From: Naegleria gruberi
Lineage: Eukaryota
Assembly: GCA_000004985.1 (NCBI GenBank)
Contig: GG738858.1
DNA length: 64,000 nt
Reading direction: 5' to 3' (one strand)
Below are positions 11,695-23,067 of the stretch, piece by piece. Numbering within the stretch: the first letter of the stretch is position 1; each line of letters begins with the position of its first letter. The position numbers and the translations under genes were made by a program. The notes below the pieces were generated by a model that worked only from the letters and a program-made list of their open reading frames with translations, was not told the origin of the DNA and did no database searches.

Positions 11695-12672
11695 ATGAAG
11701 CAAAGTGTAAGGCAAGCACTTTTTGTTCGCTTCACATCAAAACATCATCAGGGTTTTATCGGAGCAGCATCATCAGGATTATCGGAAGGTGTTGTTGGTA
11801 ATACTTTTAATGCATTTGTGAGGAATGAATTATTTCCCAAATTTGTAGACAAGTATCAATTAAAATATGGAAATCAAGTGGATGATAATGCATCACCATT
11901 ATTTATTTTAAATGTTGAATCGGGTGATGATGTAAAAATGACACCTCTTTTATCAATTGTTCCAATGTTTGATTTACAAAAAATTCAGAATGGAATTATT
12001 GAAAAATCCAAGTTGAACAAACCCTTGAGCATTGATTTTATGAATGAGAATTCTAATAATTTGGCCAATCGAGGAATTTCAAAATCTAGTGCCTTGTTTA
12101 AAGCTTGTAGTGTAAAGAATAGAAAAGCTGAACAAGTGACAGTGTTGGATGCAACCACAGGTTTAGGAAAGGATACCAACATTTTATCTCAGTTAGGATT
12201 CAACTTGATTTCATGCGAAAGACATCCACTCATGTCTCTAATGTTGAGGAGTTCAATCAGTAGAGCAAAGGAAGAGGGTTATTGTAAAAATATTCTACAC
12301 TTATTTACAGAAACAGATTCCAGATTATTAACAAGTGAATCATTCAAAGAAACAGCGTTGCCTGATGTCATTTATATTGATCCAATGTTTACTCATACTG
12401 GTACAGCCCTCCCAAAATATGATTTACAAGTTTTGAGACAAATAATGACTCTAATAGATTTTGAAGAAATACATAATCCAGACTTTACAGTTATAGATTC
12501 TGCTAATTATGAGAAATCTATGGTTGAGTGGGCTTTAAATCTTCATCCTGGAATTAAGAGAGTAGTTCTTAAACGACCAAAGAAATCACCAACTATAATG
12601 GAAGACAAAATTGTTCATAGCTATTCTGACGGCCCAAAAGGTGATATTAGATATGATCTTTATATTTCGTAG
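11695..12672 (+). CDS. RsmJ-type SAM-dependent 16S rRNA (m2G1516) methyltransferase homolog with an N-terminal extension
   Basis: Collinear matches to bacterial RsmJ: VLDATTGLGKD (VVDATAGLGRDA), ISCERHPLMSLML, VIYIDPMF (VVYLDPMF), KRVVLKRPKKSP (KRVVVKRPDYAP) and RYDLY (RFDIY). The track start at 11686 is TTG. The first ATG is at 11695. Confidence 0.75.
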   Translation: MKQSVRQALFVRFTSKHHQGFIGAASSGLSEGVVGNTFNAFVRNELFPKFVDKYQLKYGNQVDDNASPLFILNVESGDDVKMTPLLSIVPMFDLQKIQNGIIEKSKLNKPLSIDFMNENSNNLANRGISKSSALFKACSVKNRKAEQVTVLDATTGLGKDTNILSQLGFNLISCERHPLMSLMLRSSISRAKEEGYCKNILHLFTETDSRLLTSESFKETALPDVIYIDPMFTHTGTALPKYDLQVLRQIMTLIDFEEIHNPDFTVIDSANYEKSMVEWALNLHPGIKRVVLKRPKKSPTIMEDKIVHSYSDGPKGDIRYDLYIS

Positions 12673-13080
12673 ATAACATTTTCCATTTCTTCATATGGAT
12701 TTGTTCTTGCTCTCCAATGGCAACATGGTTCTTTGGCTAGATAATGAACTTTTAGTACTCATCTACAATAAGAATAACATTCATTATCAGATCATGGTTG
12801 GAATTGAATCAATATCTTCTTCCATACAACAAGATTTCTTATCTCCAATGAAATCCTCAAGTAATAGAGATAATATATTGAAATCACATGTTCAGTTACA
12901 TTTGTATTAAGGTTCATCAGCAACAAAACTTAAAAAAAAAACAATTAACGCACCAAAAGTCCCGAAGGTGTCGATATCTTTTTTGATCATACTCTTGTAT
13001 TTCAAAATCATCAATTGATTTAAGTTTAAGGATCACAAAATAATTTGTAAATTACACCTTTGAAGGTTAAATAATACAAT

Positions 13081-16000
13081 ATGGGAGCATCAGGATCAGT
13101 ACCCTCAAAAAACAGAATTCAAAGCTCGGATCAACCACCAACCTCAGCAAGGGTTACTGGTAAAATTACAAACACTGTAACACAAGTAGAACAAAATCGT
13201 TCTGAGATTCCAATCATTCCCGAAGCTGTTCTTCAACACACCAAAACATCTTCACTCCGTAGATTCAATATTAAAAGTTATGAAAAACATGATGAAGAGA
13301 TTTTGAATGATTGGTCGAACATATTGCATAAAGGTCATAAGGCAAATATAATTCCTGGAGATGGTCTTGATTATAGTGCAAATACGTTAGAACCACACAT
13401 TCTATTTTCTGATCTTGTTCAATCTGTTGATGAGCATGACATATTAAAGGGTGTAAGAGTGAGGGAACACCAGGTTGTACTTATAACAGTTAAGGGATAC
13501 GCAAGTCCTATTGCAAGTTGTTTGAGAATGGAGAGATATTGCGATGGAAGTGATAATGAAACTACTACAGTCTTTTCAAAGGTGCAAACACTTGCTTGCA
13601 TTGCACACGACCAAAAACTGTCATCAATTTTACAAAACTCTATTCTCCCATCTATTACTATTGATCAAACCAAGCTACCTTCAAACAGAGTTAGCGATAC
13701 TTCTAAGCCAATAGTAAGCATTCCAACTGTTGGAGAATTTGAAAAGATTATGACTTTTACTGAAGAGTGCTTGATAAAAATTGAAGCTGGTATGGAATTT
13801 TCAATAGAAAATATCAGTACATATATGTGGACATCTCTTGGTATTCCTTTGCTTCATTTTGCAGTCTCAGTCGATAATATTGCTGCCGTTAAAAAACTAT
13901 TGGATTGTGGGGCAAGAATTGAAAATAAGGACTGCTTTGGGAGAAACGCCCTTTTCTATATTAGAAGTCACAATGTTGCAACAATATTGATCCAAAAGCT
14001 AACTGAATTGGATTTGCTTGAGAGCGAAATATGCTCTGTAGATACAAATTCACAATTGATATCACATGTGTTGGTCTCTAATTATTACACCAATCCTGGA
14101 TTGACCAAATCAGTGTTATTAGAAATTTCAAAGAGTATTTCAAAAGAAATGTGCATTAGTCTTTTTAATTCTCTAAATGGTAGCTCAAAAACAGCAATTG
14201 ATGTTTTGAATTCTCAAGTTTATAATTATGCCAAAAAGTTCAAAAATACTTCTCATCACACCCTAATGACTTATTTATTTGAAGAAATCAAATGGCAAAT
14301 AGAAAACAAGATGAATTTTCACCAATTACTTCAAACCAAATTGATTACTGGAGGATCGTTGTCCTTCTTTTCAGAGGCTGCTAGCGAAGAGAACATAGCA
14401 CTTTTGCACTACTTACTTGAAAACAGAATAATTGATAATGATATTGACATTTCTGAATACATTACTAGTGTACATGTAGCTAAAATGGTTGTTCAATTGG
14501 TCCCTGAGATTTTTGATAGATATATACATGATAATACTGAAAATACTTCTTCAAGTAGTGCCTTGTCGAGAGTAATTCTTAATATGCGATCAGGAAATAT
14601 TCCTCTAATCAATTTTATAATTGAGCAATATGACTACAAGCTTTTGCCCCAAGAAATTAATCAAATTATTGAACTTGCAATCAATAAGAGGACACAAACC
14701 AAGATGATGCCTGTACTTGAAAAGTGTATCAGTAATGTAACTGATTCGTCATTAATAGTTCAAACCAATAGCAAAGGAGAGATTTTTTCCAAACTGAAAA
14801 AAGCAAATACTTTCACCCTTTGTTCTCCATTTGAGTTCATTTTGTCTTTGGATAGATCAGTTTCAGATGGTGTAGCAAAGATTGAGAAAGTAATGTGGGA
14901 TAGAATCAAATCGATAGCAGCAACAGATGATTCTACTCGCTCTTTGCTACTAAACTCGTGCGGATGCATACTTTCTGTATTAATCAAAAACAAGAAGCTT
15001 GATATGATAGAGGATGTTGTTGCTTACTTGCTCAAATTTGGATTAACAGTAGGAAATCTATCTTCTAATACTGGCCACCACAAATGGTCTCAAGAGGATA
15101 TGATTTATAATTCAATTAGTTCATTATTTCACAGAAAAGAAGATGTAATTTCCGGTCTCACCTTACCGCTCTTAAAATCCTTGATATCAGTTACCAGAAA
15201 CAGAGAGGATCTTCAAACTCATATTCTTATTTTAGCTCTTTACATTAAGAAAGCTGATATTTCGACATTGAAAAAGCTTCTGACTTTAACCCTTTCATTC
15301 CCTTGTTTTGGCAATGAATTCGAAATAACTGACGATTTGAAGGTACAATTTCTTGATTTTGATGACCTCAAATTGAAAAAGTTTGTTCAGCCATGTACTA
15401 GACTTGAAAATCTTCCTCCAGTATGTGAATCTGTTCATATTGAGTTGAGTCTAGACAAATCAAGAAAATCAGAAGTTTATCCTCTATTAATTAAGGATGG
15501 AGTGGTTCAAAAAGACTACGATATTTTCATAGAAAAATGTGATATCACATTCTTCAAGAAAATGGCTGACAATATCTATACTGAATATTATTGGACTGAC
15601 TTAGTTCAGGATTTTTGTACTTTGGTTCTAGAGAAAAATTTTAAAGATGTCACTAAATTGGAGTATTTAATTAAGAAAGATCCCGAATGTATCAATGACA
15701 CAATGAAATTGTGTATTATTAAGGATTATTTGGGACAAAATATTCCAATTGATATATACACAGAGATCGCATCTCTTGGTGAGGTAAATGAAAGCTCTTT
15801 CGAGATGTGGAAAAAGTGCTATGCAAAAAATAAGAATATTAGTTGGAATTCTGTTAAAACTCTGCTGTTAAAAGGTAATATCCCCTGTGCAATAGCCACT
15901 GGATTGTATAGATTGGATCTTTTGGAAAAGATAATCCCTGATATCAAATTGTTAAAACAATCAGAATTGATGGATATTTGTCAATATTTAATACTTTCCA

Positions 16001-17739
16001 TCAAACCAAATACAGAAATTAAGAGGCGGCAAATTGAAACACTTACTGATACCATAGTGCAAACACTTACAGAAGAGTCAATTTTAAATTTACTTCCAGA
16101 TGCAATCAAGAAAGCCAATTGTGATGCCCTTCAAAAAATAATTCACAGGATTGAAGAAATAGGGTTGACTATTAATTGGGAAGATACTGGAATTATAGAG
16201 GGAATTCTAAACTCTCTTAGAAGTGGTTGCGACAACTTACTGTTTACTCTTCTCTCAAGTAAGAGTTTGACTTTGGAGAGATTGCTTAACCTTAAAAGCC
16301 AAGAAAATATGGCTGAGCAACCGATTCATGCAATTTGCTTTGGTGGGTGTGTAAAATCGCTACAATATATTTATGAAACACTCCCCAAAGATTTGTTGGT
16401 GCCATATTTTTTCAGTGTACTAGAGTTATATCCTCAATCATCTAATCAAAGTGGTCAGGATGATGAATTTGAAGACTATGAACACCTGCCATTCAGAGAA
16501 CTATCTGTGCCAACATTTTCCCTTCTTAGTTCAAATGTAAAAATGAACAATTTAGTGTTTGAGATTATGAGGGATATTGCTATGACAACACCTATTCCAA
16601 AATCAATTTTTGGAAATTGGGATTACGACCAAAACATTTTCCAAAGATTGATGACCTCTAAGAATCAAGTTGTTTTTAATACATTCAGACCATATACAAT
16701 TGGAAAATCTTGTAAGTTATAGTCTTGCTGTAATATTTACATTATATTAGTGTGGATGCAACATTTGGTTGATCATGAAGAAATTTACCTTAAATCTGTT
16801 GAAGAATATGGAGAAAACGCGAAGGTCTTTATTAGAATGATTATAGTTAATCTAATATTTGGAGATGAAACCTCATTTAAAGGATCACCTGAAGACAAGA
16901 AATTATGGGTTGATTTCTTTAGATGCTATTTCAGGTTAAAGTGTTTCAGAGATGGCGATTTTAATATTTTCTTGCAAGGTTTTAAGAACTTAACAGAAAA
17001 GGAAGTTCTCTTTGCTTTGCAAGATTATTTCTATGATATGGAAAAATCAAAGATAGCCACCGAATTATTAGAAATTATGAAATTCAACCCTAAAGGTAGT
17101 TCAGAAGAAGTACCAAGATCTTACTATTTAGTGGATATAATTGTAAAAGAATGGGACAACCTTCTTAGATATATTTTAGATGTAGTGAATGAGAGTGAGG
17201 AAATAGAAAATCAATTCTGGACAATGAGAGAAGATTTAGAACTCTCTGTAAAATATCTTAATCCAAAATATGAGAACAAATGTGTAGAATTATTGTTTGG
17301 AAAGTGTAAATTTTTGGGAGAGGAAACTCATGATTTACTTTATTGTGAGAATCAAAGCAGAATTGTAACAGTTAGTGATGAAATAAGAATTGCTGAGTTG
17401 CGAGGAAAAGTATTAAGAGGCAAGGTTTGGAGCTACAGAAAAGCTGAACGAGATGTTGGTCAATATGTTTATCAAAAAGTTAAATTTGAACCTCCTCTTC
17501 CTAAATTCTCTGAAGAGCAAGCTAAAATTCTCACAAGTATTAGTGTATTTGGAGATGTTGAAAATATGATTGGGCACGACAATGACATTACTGAAATACA
17601 TGTCATTGTTACAAATTCAGCACAAAATCTAAAGAGCAGTATTGAAAATGGCATCTTATTACTAAGAGTTTATTTAGAAAAGGAAACCATCCAAGTAGGA
17701 GAATTAGAAGGTGGTAACAAATACCATGGTTTTAATTAA
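13081..17739 (+). CDS. Large (~1540 aa) hypothetical protein with an MGASGS N-myristoylation motif and an ankyrin-like segment, 2 exons
   Basis: ATG at 13081. Exon 1 is 13081..16711, ending TCT T|gtaagt. The 39-nt intron is 16712..16750 (..tattag). Exon 2 is 16751..17739 and reads t+TG = Leu, then WMQHLVDHEE. The track's GTG start at 16750 is in the same phase, so the two track ORFs join in frame. Confidence 0.55.
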
Positions 17740-17778
17740 TTTCAATTAAAGTTAAATAAATTTCCAAATTACACAAAA

Positions 17779-18545
17779 ATGCTTTTAAACAACGATAGTG
17801 GTTGCATTTCCCATCAACAAAACGGATTGAAAGGATACTTTAATTTAGAAACATCAAAGGGAACTATAAGAATTGTTGAAGATTATAACGTCGGAACTTG
17901 TGGTTCGAGGCTTTGGTCATCAGCACCTGTTCTTTGCAAATATTTAGAAAAACAAGCCAACAAATTAAAACTCCAATCTAAAAACATATTGGAAGTAGGA
18001 GCAGGATGTGGCATATCATCAATTTTACTTGCAAAATTAGGATGTAAAAAAGTTGTTACTACCGATAGAGAAATTGTTCTTCCGATTTTAAAACAAAATG
18101 TTTCTTATAATTGTAGTGATTTATCAATTTGTCAAAATATTTCAGTTGAAGAGCTTGAATGGGAATGGGCTAATGAAGATCAAGTGGATAGAATGAAAGA
18201 ATTTAAAAAGAAAATGTTGGGTGATGAAGAAGGAGTTTTTGATATGATTATTGGATCTGATGTTGTCTATGAAGAATTATGCATTGAGCCATTGTTAAAA
18301 TTATTGAATGCACTTGCAGGAATGTCAACAACCATTTTGATTGCCTATGAAAGTAAGTAGTTGAGTTTTTATTGGAATACAAGATTCAATTTATTTCACT
18401 GAAATCAGTCCGTAATGATACAGCTCATGAAATGTTTGTTGAAAAAGCTTCCAAACAATTTTCAATGAAAAAACTTCCAACCAAACAACAAAATCCAGAA
18501 TGTTCAGATGACAGAGTATTTATTTATCAATTAAAGAAAGAATAA
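17779..18545 (+). CDS. METTL21/FAM86-like class I protein-lysine methyltransferase, 2 exons
   Basis: Motif I is EVGAGCGISSILLAKLG. Exon 1 is 17779..18352 (GAA A|gtaagt). The 56-nt intron is 18353..18408 (..aatcag). Exon 2 is 18409..18545, giving IAYE-IRNDTAHEMFVEKASKQF...YQLKKE*. Confidence 0.6.
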
Positions 18546-18668
18546 TTATATGGACCTTCCAGAATTTTCTATTACATGTTAATAATGGTATTATGGACAA
18601 CCATATCAATATCATTTTCTCCATAACTCATATAGATACCCCACAATCCATTGGATTGTTGGGCGATT

Positions 18669-19455
18669 CTAATTTCTCCTAGTTGTTTGAGGTGAATCTG
18701 ATTTAATGATAATATCTTGAGCGTTTAAATAAGTAGACATTAACTTCTCAATGGATTCAGATTTGATATTTGCCACAATCTCATCAAACTCCAACTCGGG
18801 GCATACTTCTCCAAAATTTGCAAACCATGCAAGTATCCATTTATCTTCATCTTCTTTCCTATACAATACACTCTTCTCCGAAACATCAAAATTCAAATTT
18901 CCAATGTAATATTCATCAAGAATGAATAACTCTACAGAATTATCTCCAAATGGATATTCAATTGAATACTTTTCCATATTATTAATTTCCTTAGCAAGAT
19001 AACTCTCATATCTGTACTTGATTGTTATTGTTCCAGAAGTTGCCTCCTTTAATTGTATCGTTTTTTCATAGTCTCGAGATGTCTTTAATTCTTCTGCTTT
19101 TAATTTCAAACTTGCTTTTCCAATAGTATCCTTAATATTTAAGAATTAAATATATTATATAAATAATTCTTACATTCTTTGTGAATTTATCAAAATCAAA
19201 TACTGTAAATTTAATCTTAATTCCCTTTCCGTAATCATCAATCTTCGCCAACTCACTCTCAAAATCACAATTCCAGGTTGGATTAAGGCTCTTCATCACG
19301 ACTGGAGTTTTCCCTGAGAAGGCCAAAGCCTTGCAATCTCTTCCAATGATAGACACTTCCACAAATCCATCACTTGTTCCTCCTACATCCGATACCATCA
19401 AATTATTTCCTCTAATAACGGTCAAATGGAATGTGTCTTTACGATGAAATGGCAT
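18669..19455 (-). CDS. C2-domain protein, 2 exons
   Basis: Exon 1 (19455 down to ~19174) encodes a C2 fold (TSDGFVEV...KTPVVMKSLNPTWN). It ends AAG AAT|gtaaga, followed by a ~43-nt intron ending ttaag. Exon 2 (~19130..18669) begins DTIGKASLKLKAEEL in phase 0. The track's start for the downstream ORF is TTG. Coordinates of the junction are good to about +/-2. Confidence 0.55.
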
Positions 19456-19537
19456 TTTTGTTTTTTAATTCTATTGTAATTATGTACATTATATTTAATA
19501 ATTTTGAAAACTTAATAGGAAAACAAATAGATCTCCA

Positions 19538-21166
19538 CTAATTTGATGTTCTCAATTTAAAATCACTAAAGTCAATACCCATAACACTATATCTAATCTT
19601 CTTAATGGTATCTTGATCTTTTGCTCCGTTAAGTGAGAAGAAACAATTATCCCTCAATCGACCATTCTCCTCAATTACTTCAACCTCTGTATCGCCAATC
19701 ACAACAAATGATCTGTCGAATGCTTTCAATAGCCAAAAATCTTGATTACCTTCAACAGTTTTGAAATATTCGAGTGAGTCGATAAAATTGCAAAATATGT
19801 TGAGTGATTTTCTATTCTTAAAAGTAGAGGAGTTCTTGTTGGTGTAATCATTGGAAATATTAGTCTTACTAATCATATCTCTCAAAATTTCAGAGAAATA
19901 GAATGTTCGGTCAACTTTTCCATTCCTTAAATTATCAAAATACTTGTCAAAGCATTCACTCTTTGGAAGTTGCAAATTCAAAGCAGATAGTACCTCAGAT
20001 GTGAAATGTTGGCAATTGGCTTTGAATTGGTGATATTGAACTGATCCATTATATTTACAAATAATTTCAGTCAACTTTCTAAATGTTTGCTTAACATTCT
20101 CAGCACCACGTATTTCTCCAATGTCAATTGCTGCAATTGTCTTGTCAGATTTGATTTGTTGAATAGAGTCACTCCTTACAATAACAGTTGATGAGTTGAA
20201 CCATTCAATCTTCCATTCACCAATTAAAAGGCCAGTATGAACAATTCCCATATCAGCATTTGAAAAGTAGCTCATTAACTTGGTCATAAAAGGACTATTA
20301 CCTAAATCAGAAATCAACAACTTGACTCGCAGAAATGGTTCACAATTAAGCTTCTTTGAATTTTGCTTAACAATAGAACTCATAAATTCCCTATTCAATA
20401 ATCTATCTTCACACACCAAGTTTTGAGCATCCACTTCCAAATCGCCTGTCATTCTAGCATCTTTGGGAGTTCTATTATTCTTTCTCAAGAAATCATAATA
20501 TTTCTCTAACTTTTTCTTGGCCATTCCAACTCGATCCTTTTCTAAAAGAGTTAATCTGTTTGCACTATATTGGACATCGGTTGTGGTTGGGTACGCAGTA
20601 GCATCAATAATAGCAGGTGTTGGAGAAATACTTGGCTTTGAGAAAAGTGTTTCATTGATTGATTCAAAAGTTTTGTTGGGTTTGTTCACTGGGTTGACAG
20701 AGGTAGAATTCTGGCCAGCTTGACCATCTGATTCCAAAGTATCTTCCGAGACATTTAGTACTAATCTATTCGAATCATCTTCAAACTTGACTCTTCCACT
20801 CTTTTCATCATCAATTTTCTTCTTCATGATAACTTGTTCCAAAAACACAATTGCAGAAATATTATCAATCTTGTACTTGGACATCTTTTGTTGCAACAGT
20901 TCCTTTTCTTGTTGAATTTTGGCATAATTAGTTTCCTTTGCCAACCCTTCGAATAACTTTCCATTAAAATCATTGTTCATTGTTACAGCATTTATGACAG
21001 TATCGTTCTTGAAATTGTAATGAATACATAAACAAAACAAGTCCCTATTGCTACATTCTCGAAGAGGTTTTGCCTCTGCCTCTTCAATCTCATCACTGGG
21101 TGGACTGATTTCTTCAGAGAATCTAATAATACTTGACGTGTTGCCCATTTTTTTAAATTGTATCAT
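19538..21166 (-). CDS. Hypothetical protein, likely N-myristoylated (MGNTSS at the second in-frame ATG, 21148)
   Basis: A 542-aa ORF with ATGs at 21166 and 21148. No recognizable domain. Its C-terminal ~160 aa is paralogous to the fragment at 22188..22670. Confidence 0.55.
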   Translation of the reverse strand: MIQFKKMGNTSSIIRFSEEISPPSDEIEEAEAKPLRECSNRDLFCLCIHYNFKNDTVINAVTMNNDFNGKLFEGLAKETNYAKIQQEKELLQQKMSKYKIDNISAIVFLEQVIMKKKIDDEKSGRVKFEDDSNRLVLNVSEDTLESDGQAGQNSTSVNPVNKPNKTFESINETLFSKPSISPTPAIIDATAYPTTTDVQYSANRLTLLEKDRVGMAKKKLEKYYDFLRKNNRTPKDARMTGDLEVDAQNLVCEDRLLNREFMSSIVKQNSKKLNCEPFLRVKLLISDLGNSPFMTKLMSYFSNADMGIVHTGLLIGEWKIEWFNSSTVIVRSDSIQQIKSDKTIAAIDIGEIRGAENVKQTFRKLTEIICKYNGSVQYHQFKANCQHFTSEVLSALNLQLPKSECFDKYFDNLRNGKVDRTFYFSEILRDMISKTNISNDYTNKNSSTFKNRKSLNIFCNFIDSLEYFKTVEGNQDFWLLKAFDRSFVVIGDTEVEVIEENGRLRDNCFFSLNGAKDQDTIKKIRYSVMGIDFSDFKLRTSN

Positions 21167-21192
21167 GTATTTTGATCATCTGCTGTCTTTTT

Positions 21193-21211
21193 CACGTTTT
21201 GGAAACGTGAT
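21193..21211. promoter_or_regulatory. Palindromic AAACGTGA pair (TCACGTTT-tgg-AAACGTGA), ~30-45 bp upstream of the 19538..21166 gene
   Basis: Read directly. The same octamer recurs upstream of the 47664..48611 and 49947..50894 genes. Confidence 0.4.
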
Positions 21212-22187
21212 CGGACCTTTTGAAGCATTGTAATGAACAATTTTGTCTGATAAGAAGAAAATTCCAATCGAGAAGTTTGGGACTCAATTCTTTAATGGCA
21301 TGGTTAAGTAATTGAATAAAAAGACTACAGCACCACAGGTTCCCAAGTTGTCTCCAACCTCAGTACTGATGTGGCTCGACGATGCTTAACTTCTCAAATC
21401 GGACGGGATGAGGTGCATTCATCGTGATATGGCCGTAGCCATTCACATTCTTAAAAAGTTATTCATAAACAACTACCTTAATGATTAAATTAAGAAATTG
21501 GTTAAATCAATGCAAAAGGAATATAAGTTGAAAACGATTTCAATTGTTAATTTGGACGGGAAGCCTGCCAGGAATATGGCGACAATCCCGCTACAGTCTT
21601 TGACTGTATGAACAGTGAAGTCAAGAGTTCTTGGACGAATCTTGTTTGTTCAGGTTATTGAAGAAAGTAAAAAGGTCGATCACTCTTCTACTTATTGATC
21701 ATTTGATATGATGAATTGTTCCATGAAAATTGTTGAATTAAATAGAGGTCACTATTTTCCCTTCCATTTATATATTCTTCATCATGATCCTTAATAAAAT
21801 CTATTAAACCGTCACGAATGTTTAAAAATACATCTGCCTCATACCATGATAAGCAAATATTTCCATGTTGTTTTTCAATATAATATGATATTTGATTTGA
21901 AATTATTTCAAATTGATAAAGAAATACAAGCATATCAATATTTTAATCTTTAACTTGACATGATAAAATAGACTTGTTAAAAAAATCAAATCATATATTG
22001 GCGAAGGTTCTTCCTCATCAATATATTTTATTAACAAAGATTCAACTTTAATTTGTAATATTGTAAGTCTTATCACCTTAATATCTGAATGAGAAATATT
22101 ATTATCTATAACAAATTCTTAATACAATTATTCTTTTATCACCAAAGTAATTGAGCAATTGTTGAAAGAGTAAATAACAATCATTTA

Positions 22188-22670
22188 TTACCTCTTTAAT
22201 ACACAATCACTGAAATCAACATCTTTAACACTGTACTTGATATGAGTGATGGAATCTTGATCTCTTCCTCCATTAGTTGTGAAGAATCCATTCTCTTTGA
22301 CTCCTGTAGAATCAAAAGTAAGACAAATTTCATCCTCCCCAACCAAAACAAATGACCTATCAAATGCCTTCAAAAGCCAAAAATCACTTTGACCTGCCTC
22401 AATGTCAAAATATTTGATATGTTCAAGAAAATGACAAAATTCATCCAATGATTTTCTATTCTCGAATCTAATGTTCTTCAAACCAATATAAGGGTTTGTA
22501 ATGTTGCATGTTTTAAATAATGTTGCCAAATTTTCATTCACAAAGAAAGTTCTGTCAGTTTCTCCTCTTTTCAATTTGTCAAAATAAATTTTGAAAGATT
22601 CACTCACTGGAAGTGTCAAATTCAATGCCTCTAATAAATCTGAAACGAAATGTTGGCAATTAGCCCCCAA
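22188..22670 (-). pseudogene. Truncated paralog (C-terminal ~160 aa) of the 19538..21166 gene; a gene fragment or terminal exon of a disrupted copy
   Basis: About 50% aa identity to the C-terminus of the neighbouring gene (ANCQHF..DRTFF..FWLLKAFDRSFV..). The track start is TTG. There is an in-frame TAA 10 codons upstream. Only ~290 bp separate it from the (TA)n tract and the retroelement, which is too short for the missing ~380 N-terminal aa. Confidence 0.4.
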
Positions 22671-22782
22671 TAATGAATAATCTTAGTAATACCGTTTCAG
22701 TTTTACCTAGTTGTAATAAACACCGGAAATTTATTTATGATTTTAACAATAAAAGCTGAAAGTAGTTAAATGATGATATTTG

Positions 22783-22786
<4 letters not shown>

Positions 22787-22821
<35 letters not shown>

Positions 22822-22822
22822 A
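22787..22822. repeat. (TA)18 microsatellite
   Basis: atatatat... run read directly. Confidence 0.9.
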
Positions 22823-22962
22823 ATTGATGTTAGATATTAGTTGTTCCATTTATTTTTAAACTACTCCATCAACCTCCATGAATCTAGTTGTCTATTTCTT
22901 GTTGTAAGAGTTTTTCTTTGTTTTAATTAACAACTATCACAACTCTACTTTTACTACTTCTA

Positions 22963-23067
22963 ATGTTCTTATCGAAGTTTACTGAGATAAAGTAGTGTTT
23001 CTTGAAAACAACAATTGAATAAACTAATAATAGAAAGTATGCTCAAAAAAATTGTCATACTATGGTC
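22963..23067 (+). repeat. Split direct repeat A1 of the retroelement (105 bp)
   Basis: Identical copy at 26999..27103. The gag ATG (23062) lies inside its 3' end. Confidence 0.85.

Noticed and set aside
19109-22670. Track start codons at 3870..5006, 9775, 11686, 16750, 19109, 22670, 23906, 28338, 37972..38499, 43467..43691 and 53515 taken as real initiators
   Set aside because: Reading the DNA shows these are TTG or GTG. Real ATGs or upstream exons were substituted where they could be found.
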